A stretch of DNA of 25,536 nt. Origin: an uncultured Gammaproteobacteria bacterium (lineage in GTDB: Bacteria; Patescibacteriota; Patescibacteriia; UBA9934). Within the stretch, counting starts at the first letter, position 1. Every line of letters starts with the position of its first letter. The translations under genes and the position numbers were made by a program. Shown piece by piece: positions 1-8,600 of the stretch. The DNA lies in assembly GCA_964625515.1 (NCBI GenBank), contig CAZVBP010000002.1, positions 1-25,536 on the forward strand, in the 5' to 3' direction. The notes beneath the pieces are model-generated. The model was given only the letters and a program-made list of their open reading frames with translations, was not told the origin of the DNA and ran no database searches.

Positions 1-215
1 GTGTTCATCTGATCATTGACGCGATCAAGTTTGGTTTGCACTTCATTGCGTTGTTCTGTAGCGCTACGCTGAAATTCCTCACGAAAACGCGCGAGTTCTT
101 GCAAAACATTTTGCGACGCCACAGAATCTCCTGCTTTACGAATTTGAGTCCACAAGAGTAGTCCAGCGAGTGTGGCAAATCCGGCAATGAGGATAAAAAG
201 GAGGGATGTATCCAT
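1..215 (-). CDS. N-terminal part of a membrane-anchored coiled-coil protein, RmuC-like (runs off the window edge)
   Basis: Manual translation from ATG at 215 (minus) gives MDTSLLFILIAGFATLAGLLLWTQIRKAG...QELARFREEFQRSATEQRNEVQTKLDRVNDQMN: one TM helix then a heptad-like segment, as in RmuC N-termini. It is missing from the ORF track because there is no stop in the window. The diagnostic RmuC nuclease motifs are not visible. Confidence 0.6.
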   Translation of the reverse strand, partial: MDTSLLFILIAGFATLAGLLLWTQIRKAGDSVASQNVLQELARFREEFQRSATEQRNEVQTKLDRVNDQMN

Positions 216-329
216 AGGATTGAATTGACGGTGCAGTTCCCTGCACATATACTTTTCACGCAGTGTTTGTGTAGTATAGCATATTCACGTAATATATTTT
301 ACGACACATACTGTGCTTCGGCTTCATTT

Positions 330-406
330 GACCTCGTAGCTCAACTGGATAGAGCAGGTCCGTCCTAAGGACAAGGTTGCAGGTTCAAATCCCGCCGAGG
401 TCACCA
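330..406 (+). tRNA. tRNA-Arg(CCT)
   Basis: Acceptor stem GACCTCG/CGAGGTC, D-arm GCTC/GAGC with GGA (A20 Arg identity element), anticodon loop GT-CCT-AA, T-loop TTCAAAT, encoded CCA. Confidence 0.93.
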
Positions 407-409
407 TTA

Positions 410-534
410 CCATTCGTTCATTTAAACAATCAACTGCGTTGTCGCGTCTCCGGTCCTCGCTCTACGTACCATTAAGTACGTTTCGCTTCGGTCCTCGTCG
501 CTCCTAGCATTTGACCGTTTAAATGAACGAATGG
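410..534. repeat. 125-bp palindromic (REP/MITE-like) element
   Basis: Perfect 18-bp terminal inverted repeats CCATTCGTTCATTTAAAC (410-427) / GTTTAAATGAACGAATGG (517-534). Central ACGTACCATTAAGTACGT (464-481). Internal direct repeat CGGTCCTCG x2. Confidence 0.8.
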
Positions 535-565
535 AACATCTTGTTTTCTGCGCGCCAGTGAGAAA

Positions 566-581
566 TGTTTCACGTGAAACA
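566..581. promoter_or_regulatory. parS: parS site (ParB/Spo0J binding)
   Basis: Perfect 16-bp palindrome TGTTTCACGTGAAACA, the canonical parS consensus. Confidence 0.9.
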
Positions 582-599
582 ATTTGTGTCAGATTTCAG

Positions 600-695
600 G
601 TTCGCCGAGCGTTGCGAGACGAAGCGAGCGGCCGACAGACGTAGTGCCGGGTGTGTGAAGCACACCCAAACGTAGTCTATCGGGCATGCGAGCAC
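600..695. repeat. Imperfect palindromic element upstream of tRNA-Ala
   Basis: CCGACAGAC...GTCTATCGG stem around a GGGTGTGTGAAGCACACCC hairpin, a duplicated (A)CGTAGT motif, and a GCGAGACGAAGCGAGC motif. Confidence 0.45.
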
Positions 696-771
696 GGGCC
701 TGTAGCTCAGTTGGTAGAGCGCTGCATTCGCATTGCAGAGGTCAGCGGTTCGAATCCGCTCAGGTCCACCA
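696..771 (+). tRNA. tRNA-Ala(CGC)
   Basis: Acceptor GGGCCTG/CAGGTCC with the G3:U70 Ala identity pair, anticodon arm CTGCA-TT CGC AT-TGCAG, T-loop TTCGAAT, encoded CCA. Confidence 0.96.
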
Positions 772-805
772 TAAAAACACCGACGTATCGCGTCGGCGTT
801 TTTAT
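771..805 (+). terminator. Intrinsic terminator after tRNA-Ala
   Basis: ATAAAAACACCGACG-TATCG-CGTCGGCGTTTTTAT hairpin with flanking A and T tracts. Confidence 0.8.
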
Positions 806-1038
806 GTCCCTTTGAATTTTGGCACAATCGGACGATCGGGACGGTGAGACGCATTGATTGGCGAATATTCATCGCTGATGCGCGCATGGTCTATGAAGAG
901 TCGCATTCCATCCATCTGCGATACTGTTTTTGGTCGGTAGATTTGATTCGGCAGTGAAATGTAGAACCAATTTTGCAAACTCCAGCATTATTGGACCAGT
1001 TTATACAGTTTTCAGCAATTGTTTAGTGGATTTGTAAT

Positions 1039-1054
1039 TGTTTCACGTGAAACA
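1039..1054. promoter_or_regulatory. parS: parS site
   Basis: Perfect TGTTTCACGTGAAACA. Confidence 0.9.
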
Positions 1055-1231
1055 TTTTGGATGCTTCCGGCGGTTCGGCTGATTGCATACCGAATTCATT
1101 GCAAGTTTTAGTCGATCCAAATCCGATGATTGATAAAGCGTCGTGAGATGGCTGCGATGTTGAAATGATTCGATAGTATTTGTCTTCTCAAGTTCTTCTC
1201 GAATATGCGATTATGATCGAATCTTTCAAAA

Positions 1232-1247
1232 TGTTTCACGTGAAACA
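1232..1247. promoter_or_regulatory. parS: parS site
   Basis: Perfect TGTTTCACGTGAAACA. Confidence 0.9.
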
Positions 1248-1277
1248 ATCAGGGAGGCTATATACATGCGGATTAGC

Positions 1278-1388
1278 TGTTGATAAACGTCAATTTACCG
1301 GATATGATTTGGCAACTATAGTCCTGACAAATATCAGTAAACAGACTATGTGCAGTTTATAAACACAGTTATCCCACTTTTATCCACA
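1278..1388. promoter_or_regulatory. DnaA-box cluster
   Basis: Perfect TTATCCACA at 1380-1388. One-mismatch boxes TTATCAACA (minus strand, 1278-1286) and TTATAAACA (1357-1365). Degenerate TTATCCCAC at 1369-1377. Confidence 0.6.
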
Positions 1389-1461
1389 GTTGACGTAGGT
1401 TAGCGTTGTTTTTTGAGCCATGTTGACGCATTATTGTGTTCAAGCAGGTAAATTTGATTGT

Positions 1462-2379
1462 ATGCGGAAGGGGTTTGCACAAGTAATTTCGCTAACTCTA
1501 GCTATTTCTTATTTTTTTGGCACGCAAACAGCATTTGCGGCGATGTCTTCCGCAAACTACCAAATCCTTTGGGATGAGTTCTCCACCGGAGGCGGCCAAG
1601 GTTCGTCTGCCTCGTATTTGCTCCGCGACAGCGTTGGTGGCGGCGGACTTCAGGCGACGTCGGCGAGTTATGTGCTCGATTCCGGGTTTCGCGGCGGACT
1701 TTATGATCAGGTTGTGAACTTCTCTCCTCGAATTCAAGACCGATCATCACAGGTTGCTGCCACAAATTTTGCTTCGAATATCGTCACCGTCACGACCACA
1801 TCCGGGATCGTGGTTGATGATTGGGTGCTCCTTGTGCAGAACGAAGGTGCATCACAGGTGGCAGGCATGGGGAAAGTGACCGCGGTTGATGCAACGACGA
1901 TCACACTCGCGTCACCATTGGCCGGAGGAACGCCAACAATCGACGGTGTATCGGATTATGTCTATGAAATGTCGTCGTCCGGTACTCCCGGATTTGGCAC
2001 GCTGAGCACGTCGGCACTTGCGCTTCATTCGGTGGGTTGGGTTGCGAATGCCGACGTCGTTCAAGGGTATAATGCGTATGTCTTCGAAGATGGAGATTTA
2101 CGAACAGGCGAGGGGGCCGCTATCGCCGATGTTACCGACGGACAGGTGAGCGCGGGAGACTCGGAATATGGCGCACGGTCATCGGACTCATCGTTAGCGC
2201 TGTCGAGTTTTGATACCGAGGACAGCGCGATCACGTCGTCGCCTCAACAGGTTGCCAGCGTTTCCGCAAATCCATTTGAGAGTGCGGGATTTGTTACACT
2301 CAAGGTTGGGATCGATAGCACGCAACAAGGCGGGTCTTATGGGCAAACACTTTCGATTATTTTTGTGGGCGATTACTAG
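1462..2379 (+). CDS. Secreted beta-rich surface protein with a C-terminal WxL-like/pilin-like domain (305 aa)
   Basis: Signal peptide ending AFA-AMSSANY. N-terminal 'MSSANYQI..D....GGG..SSASY.L.DS.G' motif of a type I recognise from CPR secreted proteins. C-terminal 'DG.V.AG..EYG...VTLKVGI...GSYGQTLSIIF' strand pattern. I chose start 1462 over 1420 because it gives a clean signal peptide. Confidence 0.75.
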   Translation: MRKGFAQVISLTLAISYFFGTQTAFAAMSSANYQILWDEFSTGGGQGSSASYLLRDSVGGGGLQATSASYVLDSGFRGGLYDQVVNFSPRIQDRSSQVAATNFASNIVTVTTTSGIVVDDWVLLVQNEGASQVAGMGKVTAVDATTITLASPLAGGTPTIDGVSDYVYEMSSSGTPGFGTLSTSALALHSVGWVANADVVQGYNAYVFEDGDLRTGEGAAIADVTDGQVSAGDSEYGARSSDSSLALSSFDTEDSAITSSPQQVASVSANPFESAGFVTLKVGIDSTQQGGSYGQTLSIIFVGDY

Positions 2380-3172
2380 CGTTCTCATTCTCGGCCTCCA
2401 TCCACAAGAAACTGTTGCGGTCGCCGCGCCAAATGCCGCGGACGTTTTTGTGATGCCCGGGGAGAGCGTGACGGTTTCCGTTCCTGTGGTCAATGAACAA
2501 TCAGGAGATCGAACCATTGATTTCTCTCTCTTTGTTGCGGAATTTTCTGAAAATCAAGAGGCGCCTACATTTCGAAGACCGACCGCGGAAGAAGCGGCGT
2601 GGGTGCAGATGAACATGTCGCATGTTTCGTTAGCGCAAGACGAGATGCGGACCGTTGATGTCACTGTTTCTGCGCCAAAAAATGCCCCGGCAGGGGTTGC
2701 ACCATTCGCGCTTGTTGCGTCCGATCGCGTCACTGGCCCCGTGACGCTTTCTTACGGTGCGGCAACGCTGATTTTCGTTACGGTTGGCTATCCGCAATAC
2801 GCCGGATCGTGTGACGCATTGTTGCGCGTATCGGACGATCGAGTGCAGATGCGCGTGAAGAACATTGGTCGGGGTATACTGGTTCCAAACGGTGTGGCGC
2901 AACTGCGCGGCCCGTTGGGAATTGTGTTTGCTGAACAGGAGCTCGATGTGCGCGATGGTCGTGTGTTGCCGGGGCAGAAAAAGGAATGGACAGTTCCAAT
3001 TCCTTCTGCGCCATGGTGGGCGTTTGGGACGCTTGTGCTTCATGTGAACGATGAAGCGTTCTACGAATCCCCGTGTGCACCGATTGTGGTGTCTCGCGCA
3101 TTCGTTCTGCCGCTTGGCATTGGTGTGGTTGTGCTTGGGATAGGCACGATGCTGTTCCTTCGTCGACGATAA
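2339..3172 (+). CDS. DUF916/WxL-interacting-like (chaperone-like Ig-fold) protein with a C-terminal membrane anchor (277 aa)
   Basis: Signal peptide from M2339. 'PGESVTVSVPVVN', 'V.V.V.AP..AP.G...AL', and a second Ig-like unit 'VKNIGRGILVPNG..QLRGPLG...GRVLPGQ'. C-terminal TM plus basic tail LFLRRR. Confidence 0.65.
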   Translation: MGKHFRLFLWAITSVLILGLHPQETVAVAAPNAADVFVMPGESVTVSVPVVNEQSGDRTIDFSLFVAEFSENQEAPTFRRPTAEEAAWVQMNMSHVSLAQDEMRTVDVTVSAPKNAPAGVAPFALVASDRVTGPVTLSYGAATLIFVTVGYPQYAGSCDALLRVSDDRVQMRVKNIGRGILVPNGVAQLRGPLGIVFAEQELDVRDGRVLPGQKKEWTVPIPSAPWWAFGTLVLHVNDEAFYESPCAPIVVSRAFVLPLGIGVVVLGIGTMLFLRRR

Positions 3173-3176
3173 TGTT

Positions 3177-5675
3177 GTGAACATGAGGAGGTTGTTTTCC
3201 ATTATTTGTGCGCTCATCATCGCGAGCATTACAACAGTGCTTCCATTTTCGTTGCGTGCAACAACCGTGACCGATATTTACGACATCCCTTCGAGCACAC
3301 AAATTGCAACAGGATCGAATCATTTGTTTACCATTACAATCGCCGACGCAGTAGCCGAAGGAGAAACGATGCAGATTGTTTTTCCCACGGGCTATGTGCT
3401 GACGTCGATTGGTGAAGACGATGTTGATATTGCCGATGACGGCGTTGATCTCACCACTGCTGCTGATTGTTCCGGTGTTTTGAGTGAGCAAGCGTCGGTG
3501 AGCGTTTCAAGCCAAACCGTGACGATCACGATTTGCGCGGGAGATGGTGGGGCGATTGCACTTGGGAGCGTGGTCACACTCGAAATCGGGACGAATGCTT
3601 CCGCGTCGGGTTCGGGAACGAATCGCATTACAAACCCCTCTGCCGTTGCATCATATTTCATCAATCTCACCGGCACGAGTGGAAATTCTGGCTCGGTGAT
3701 TGCAATGACGACGACTGCGGGGGGATCGAGTGTTTCCGCAACGGTTCCAGGCGACACGACGACAACCGGTGGCGGATGTGATGAAAACGAGGGCGATGCA
3801 TGTACGTCGGCGGCGAATTCTTGTGGTATGACGGAAGCCGGCGTGATTGGATGTGCTGGATATTGTGATGCGGTTACTCCCGATGAAGCATTGTGCGAAG
3901 AATCACCATCGTGTGTGTCGAATGTGGGTGATGCGTGCACGTCAGCATCGAACGAGTGCGGAATGACGAACGAAGGCATTATCGATTGTGAAGGATCGTG
4001 TTCGGCGAGTGCGCCGCTCGACAATGAATGTGGTGTTGACCCTGTGTGTGATGCTGATTATGGAACGTCGTGCGTTTCCAGCGAAAATTCCTGTGGAATG
4101 ACGAATTCGGGAAGCGTTGGTTGTGATGGTGTTTGTTCGGCGGATTCCCCACCGGATGATTTGTGTTCGGTGTCGCCGGTGTGCGCATCGAATCAGGGGA
4201 GCGCGTGTACATCGGGATCGAATTCCTGCGGGATGACGAATAGCGGAACGGTTGCGTGTGACGGGTCGTGTTCCGCGAGTGCACCATCGAGTAGCTCGTG
4301 CCCTGTTGGGCAGTGTAGTGCTGATTATGGCGATGCGTGTGTATCGCCTGCGAATTCATGCGCGATGACGAATACTGGGAGTATCGGTTGTGATGGAGTT
4401 TGTTCCGCGAACACGCCGAGTGAGGATCTTTGCACCGACCCTTCATCCTTGTGCGTCTCGACTGAAGGCGACGCATGCACATCGGATCCAAACTCTTGCG
4501 GCATCGTCAACAGCGGAACGATTGCATGCAACGGCACATGCTCTGCATCGATTCCACTCGAGAGTTCCTGCCCTGCGGTTGCCTGTGATCCGGAACGAGA
4601 GGATTGTTCCGCGGAGACTCCGGAATGCGTTGGTGATGTGTGCAATGTGACCGATGGGTCTCATGGCCAGGGAGGTGAGCAGACGCCATCGAATGCGCAG
4701 CAGGCAGCATCGCTTCTTGAATCATTGCAAGATTCAGCTGAAGTCCAGGCAGCGGTAGATATCGCGGTACCGATCGCTGCGGTCGCGGCCGTCACAACAC
4801 TTGCGATTCTTGCGAGCTCGTTCAGCTTGTTGCCGTATTTACAGTGGCTGTTTACGTCACCGTTCCTCTTTTTTGCACGTCGCAAGCGCAAGGCATTTGG
4901 CGTGGTGTATAACGCGATTACAAAGGTGGCGATCGATCTCGCGACGGTGCGACTGTACAACGCGACGAACGGTCGCTTGGTTCGTTCCACGATTACCGAC
5001 GTTCAGGGGACGTATGCGTTTCACGCCGCGCCGGGCACCTATCGGATTGTGGTCGCAAAAGCGGGGTTTGTGTTCCCCAGTGTCTATCTCCGCGATGTGA
5101 AAGATGACGGCGTGTATCACGACGTGTATTCCGGCCAAGATATCGCCGTGACCGACGAAACCGCGACGATTGCGGCAAATATTCCACTCGATCCGTCCGA
5201 TGCTGCTGCGCATCATGCACCCCGGTCGCTGCAGATTCGTCGCTTCCTGCGCGCCACGGCACGCATTTTTGCCGCATCGGGGCTGATTGTTTCGGTAGTG
5301 GTGAGCGTTCTTTCTCCGTCGATGTTCACGATCGGTCTTGCTGTTGGTCAATGCGTCATCTTCCTTTTGTTCTGGCGATTGGCGCAGCCAAAGCGTCCGC
5401 GCGGATGGGGAATTGTCTTTGACGCACAGAGCCGCAAGCCTGTGGGCAATGCAGTCGTTCGGTTGTTCGAACCGAAGTATAATAAGTTGGTCGAGAGTAC
5501 GCTCACCGATTCGCTTGGGCGGTATAGTTTCTTGGTTGGTCCGAATGAGTATGTTCTGCGGACGAGCAAAGAAGGATACGACGAGCATACGGCAGCGGCA
5601 CTCGACTACCGGCAGAACACTGAGCCATCCCCGCTTGCGGTGGACGTTCCGTTAACGCCGGAAAAGCCACTATGA
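3177..5675 (+). CDS. Membrane-anchored surface protein: N-terminal beta domain, six Cys-rich repeats, TM helices, two carboxypeptidase-regulatory-like domains (832 aa)
   Basis: Signal peptide, Cys repeats, TM followed by RRKRK, two 'G.V.....PV..A.VRL......LV....TD..G.Y.F...PG.Y' units separated by a TM hairpin. The stop overlaps the next start (ATGA). Confidence 0.8.
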   Translation: MNMRRLFSIICALIIASITTVLPFSLRATTVTDIYDIPSSTQIATGSNHLFTITIADAVAEGETMQIVFPTGYVLTSIGEDDVDIADDGVDLTTAADCSGVLSEQASVSVSSQTVTITICAGDGGAIALGSVVTLEIGTNASASGSGTNRITNPSAVASYFINLTGTSGNSGSVIAMTTTAGGSSVSATVPGDTTTTGGGCDENEGDACTSAANSCGMTEAGVIGCAGYCDAVTPDEALCEESPSCVSNVGDACTSASNECGMTNEGIIDCEGSCSASAPLDNECGVDPVCDADYGTSCVSSENSCGMTNSGSVGCDGVCSADSPPDDLCSVSPVCASNQGSACTSGSNSCGMTNSGTVACDGSCSASAPSSSSCPVGQCSADYGDACVSPANSCAMTNTGSIGCDGVCSANTPSEDLCTDPSSLCVSTEGDACTSDPNSCGIVNSGTIACNGTCSASIPLESSCPAVACDPEREDCSAETPECVGDVCNVTDGSHGQGGEQTPSNAQQAASLLESLQDSAEVQAAVDIAVPIAAVAAVTTLAILASSFSLLPYLQWLFTSPFLFFARRKRKAFGVVYNAITKVAIDLATVRLYNATNGRLVRSTITDVQGTYAFHAAPGTYRIVVAKAGFVFPSVYLRDVKDDGVYHDVYSGQDIAVTDETATIAANIPLDPSDAAAHHAPRSLQIRRFLRATARIFAASGLIVSVVVSVLSPSMFTIGLAVGQCVIFLLFWRLAQPKRPRGWGIVFDAQSRKPVGNAVVRLFEPKYNKLVESTLTDSLGRYSFLVGPNEYVLRTSKEGYDEHTAAALDYRQNTEPSPLAVDVPLTPEKPL
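3777..4583 (+). repeat. Six tandem ~45-aa Cys-rich repeats (C-x7-C-x6-C-x9-C-x3-C-x9-C)
   Basis: Example: CVSNVGDACTSASNECGMTNEGIIDCEGSCSASAPLDNEC. Six copies were counted directly, with a recurring NSCGMTN core. Confidence 0.9.
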
Positions 5676-8600
5676 TCATGGAGGGACTCGAGAAAAATAC
5701 CATCAAGGCCTTCGCAAAACGCTGCATGGCGATGTTTGCGGTTTTGTCGTTGAGCCTTACCGCGATCACGGCAGCTTTTCATGATGCGCGTGCAGCAACG
5801 CCTCCACGAATTTTGATGTATCAGGGACGATTGCTGAATTCCAACGGCGTTCCGCTTTCCGATAGCACCGCCACGATGTCGTTTGCGCTGTATGATGCGT
5901 CGAGTGCGGGGACGTGTTTGTGGTCGAACAATTCCGACACGTGTGCGTCGGTCACAACGAGATCTGTGACGTTGACCGCAGGGCTTTTCTCTGAAGCGCT
6001 TGGTGATACTGGGGCGTCGTATGCCGCTATTGCTGAGTCGGTATTCATGAACAATGCCACCGTCTATCTTGAAGTAACGGTGAACGGCGAAACGCTCACG
6101 CCACGAAAACAGATGCTTGCGGCGCCGTATGCAATGAACAGTGATTCGCTCGATGGATACGGAACGACGACGAGCGGCGCAACATCGTCGAAGGTTCCTG
6201 TGTTTGATACGTCAGGAAATTTGGTGATCACTGGCGCGCCACAGGGGACCGGTGTGAGCCAAGGATCGCTCTACGTGAACCCTGCATCTGCTGGCGTTGC
6301 CGCGAACGAGATCCTGCTTGGCGTTGCCGTGGAAGGATCGTCGCGATTTTCTGTGGATGAAGATGGCGATACAAGCGTTGCGGGAAACTTGATGGTGGGT
6401 GGCTCCACGCTTGCTGCGCCATTCAGCGTCGATTACGTCAACGGTATTGTGAATGTTGGTGATGGCACAAGCACGAACTCGATCATTGATTTTCGTGCGT
6501 CGGATGGATCGACGGGGCGGTTCTCTTATATTCCCGGCGATTCATTTCGTGTGACCGACGGGTACTTTTCCTATAGTGGCCCAGGAACGCTTCCGAGTTT
6601 ATCGAGTGAAGCGATTGAATATTTTTCGATGACTGAGGCGATCTCGGGAACTTCCGGGAACAATTTATCCACGATCGGCATGTACGGGACGTATGGAGAG
6701 ATTACATATTCCGGAATTGAGGGGAGCGGCACGACCGCCCATGAGGTGAATAGTATTGAGGGCTTGTTGAGTATCTCCGGAGCATCGTCAACGCTCACGT
6801 GGGGGAGCGCGATCGAGGGGTCTGTGACGAATACCTCAACGAATGCTTCCTTGCTTCAATCGAATGGTTTCCTTACTGGCGTTACGGGGAACGTGACGCA
6901 CAACGGAACTGGTACGACCATCGGTGACGTTCGTGGTGTGTATGGCTTAATTACCTCATTATCCGGCACGATTACGGATGCATTTGCGGTGATCGGTCGG
7001 TTTAGCACGCCCACAGGATCGGTGACGAACGGATATGCAATTTATGGAAAGAATACGGAAGCTGGCACCCAGCGGTATGGCGTGTACGGCCAAGCGTCGG
7101 GAGGAACAAATAATTATGCGGGGTACTTCACTGGCGCTCAGGTGCAAATTGATACCGACACCACGCCAGACACCCCAACGCTTGCGGACGGCACGGGCGA
7201 TTTATATATCTCCGATGATCTTGAGGTGCGCGGTGATGTGTTGTTTCACGAGATTGGCGCGATGAATACGTTTACTTTCCGGAGCTCGCTTGCCACCACT
7301 CAGGCTGCTGCGCAGTTCATCACCGACGGACTCACCAGCGGCGTGGGTTTGCGTGTGGTACGGGGAGATGATGCTGGCGTCGCATTTACCGGTAATGTGG
7401 TTCATATTGAACAAGATGATTTTGGATCGGATAACAGCGGCACCGCGCTGCAAATCGATCAAGCAGGAGGCGGCACTGCCGTTGGGCTTCGCATTACGCA
7501 GTCCACCACCAGTGCACACGTGGCAAATTCCACTGGAAATAACGCGCTCGTGATTGACGTGAATGAAGCGGCAAGCACGGATAACGCAATTGTGATGCGA
7601 TCGGATGCAGACGGAACTGCAGACACAGAATTCCGTGTGACCACCGCCGGCGACGCATATGCCGACGGCGCATTCACCGGTGCGGGCGCCGACTTTGCAG
7701 AATATTTCCCCACAAACGATGCAACGCTCGATGATTTTCATCTCGCATGTATTGATGCGAGCGATGCGGAGAGCGTCAAACGTTGCGAGGCGGGTAATCA
7801 CGAAATCGTTGGTGTGATCTCCACGAACCCTGCATTCATTGGAAATCTTGTTGGTGATGGCACGGAGGACTATCGCAATGATGCGCGGTATCGCTTGGTT
7901 GGATTAACCGGACAGATCGATACACTTGTTACTACGGCCGATGGAGCAATTGCCGTAGGCGATCCGATTACGACATCATCATCGGCCGCTGGATACGGCG
8001 CAAAAGCATTCGGACCGGTGCGCATTGCGGGGTTTGCACTTGAGGCGCTTGCATCGGGGACGGGAACCATTCGTGTGCTTGTGAGCCCACAATGGTACGG
8101 GAGCGATGTGCTGAGCGCATCGGGGTCGAGTACTGATGTTTCCGGAAATCTTGGTCTTCGCGCGTTGCAGCCCGCAACGGCGTCATCACCCCTTGCGGAT
8201 TCGTCCTCGCTTCTCTTGAAGGGTTCTGTATGGAACGGTGCGGGCGCAAGTGACCGCGCAATGGGAATGAAAACGGTTGTGAGCGCGGTGGACGACTATC
8301 GGCTTTCGATCATGAACACAGGAGATAGTGAAGTCGCATCGATCAACGATGACGGCGACATGATGATTTCCGGAAAGTTGTACCCGTCGGATCGCGGCGT
8401 CATGCAGCAGGAGAAATACATTTACTACGATGGATCAGAGGGCGGTGGGGGAGATTTCATGCGCACGAATGCATCGGGATGGTCCACGGGCTCGTACGAC
8501 TTTGCTGAGATGTTCCCGTCACCCGATGCGCTTTCACCAGGGGAACTGGTGGTGTTTGGTGACGGATCAGAACAAATCAAGCGCTCACCTGGCGAGACGT

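Noticed and set aside
5-259. 84-aa minus-strand ORF from the track
   Set aside because: It is a different frame from the TM + coiled-coil ORF starting at 215, which is far more protein-like.
566-1247. Repeated 16-mer as a CRISPR array
   Set aside because: The copies are irregularly spaced (473 and 193 bp), there are no cas genes, and the sequence is the parS consensus.
570-1362. ORFs 570..887 and 1180..1362
   Set aside because: They overlap tRNA-Ala, parS palindromes and DnaA boxes, so they are spurious.
2210-2338. Upstream start of the second operon gene
   Set aside because: It adds 43 Arg-rich residues deep inside the previous gene. ATG 2339 gives a proper signal peptide.
3777-4583. Diversity-generating retroelement TR/VR pair
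   Set aside because: Differences between repeats are not adenine-specific and there is no reverse transcriptase in the window.
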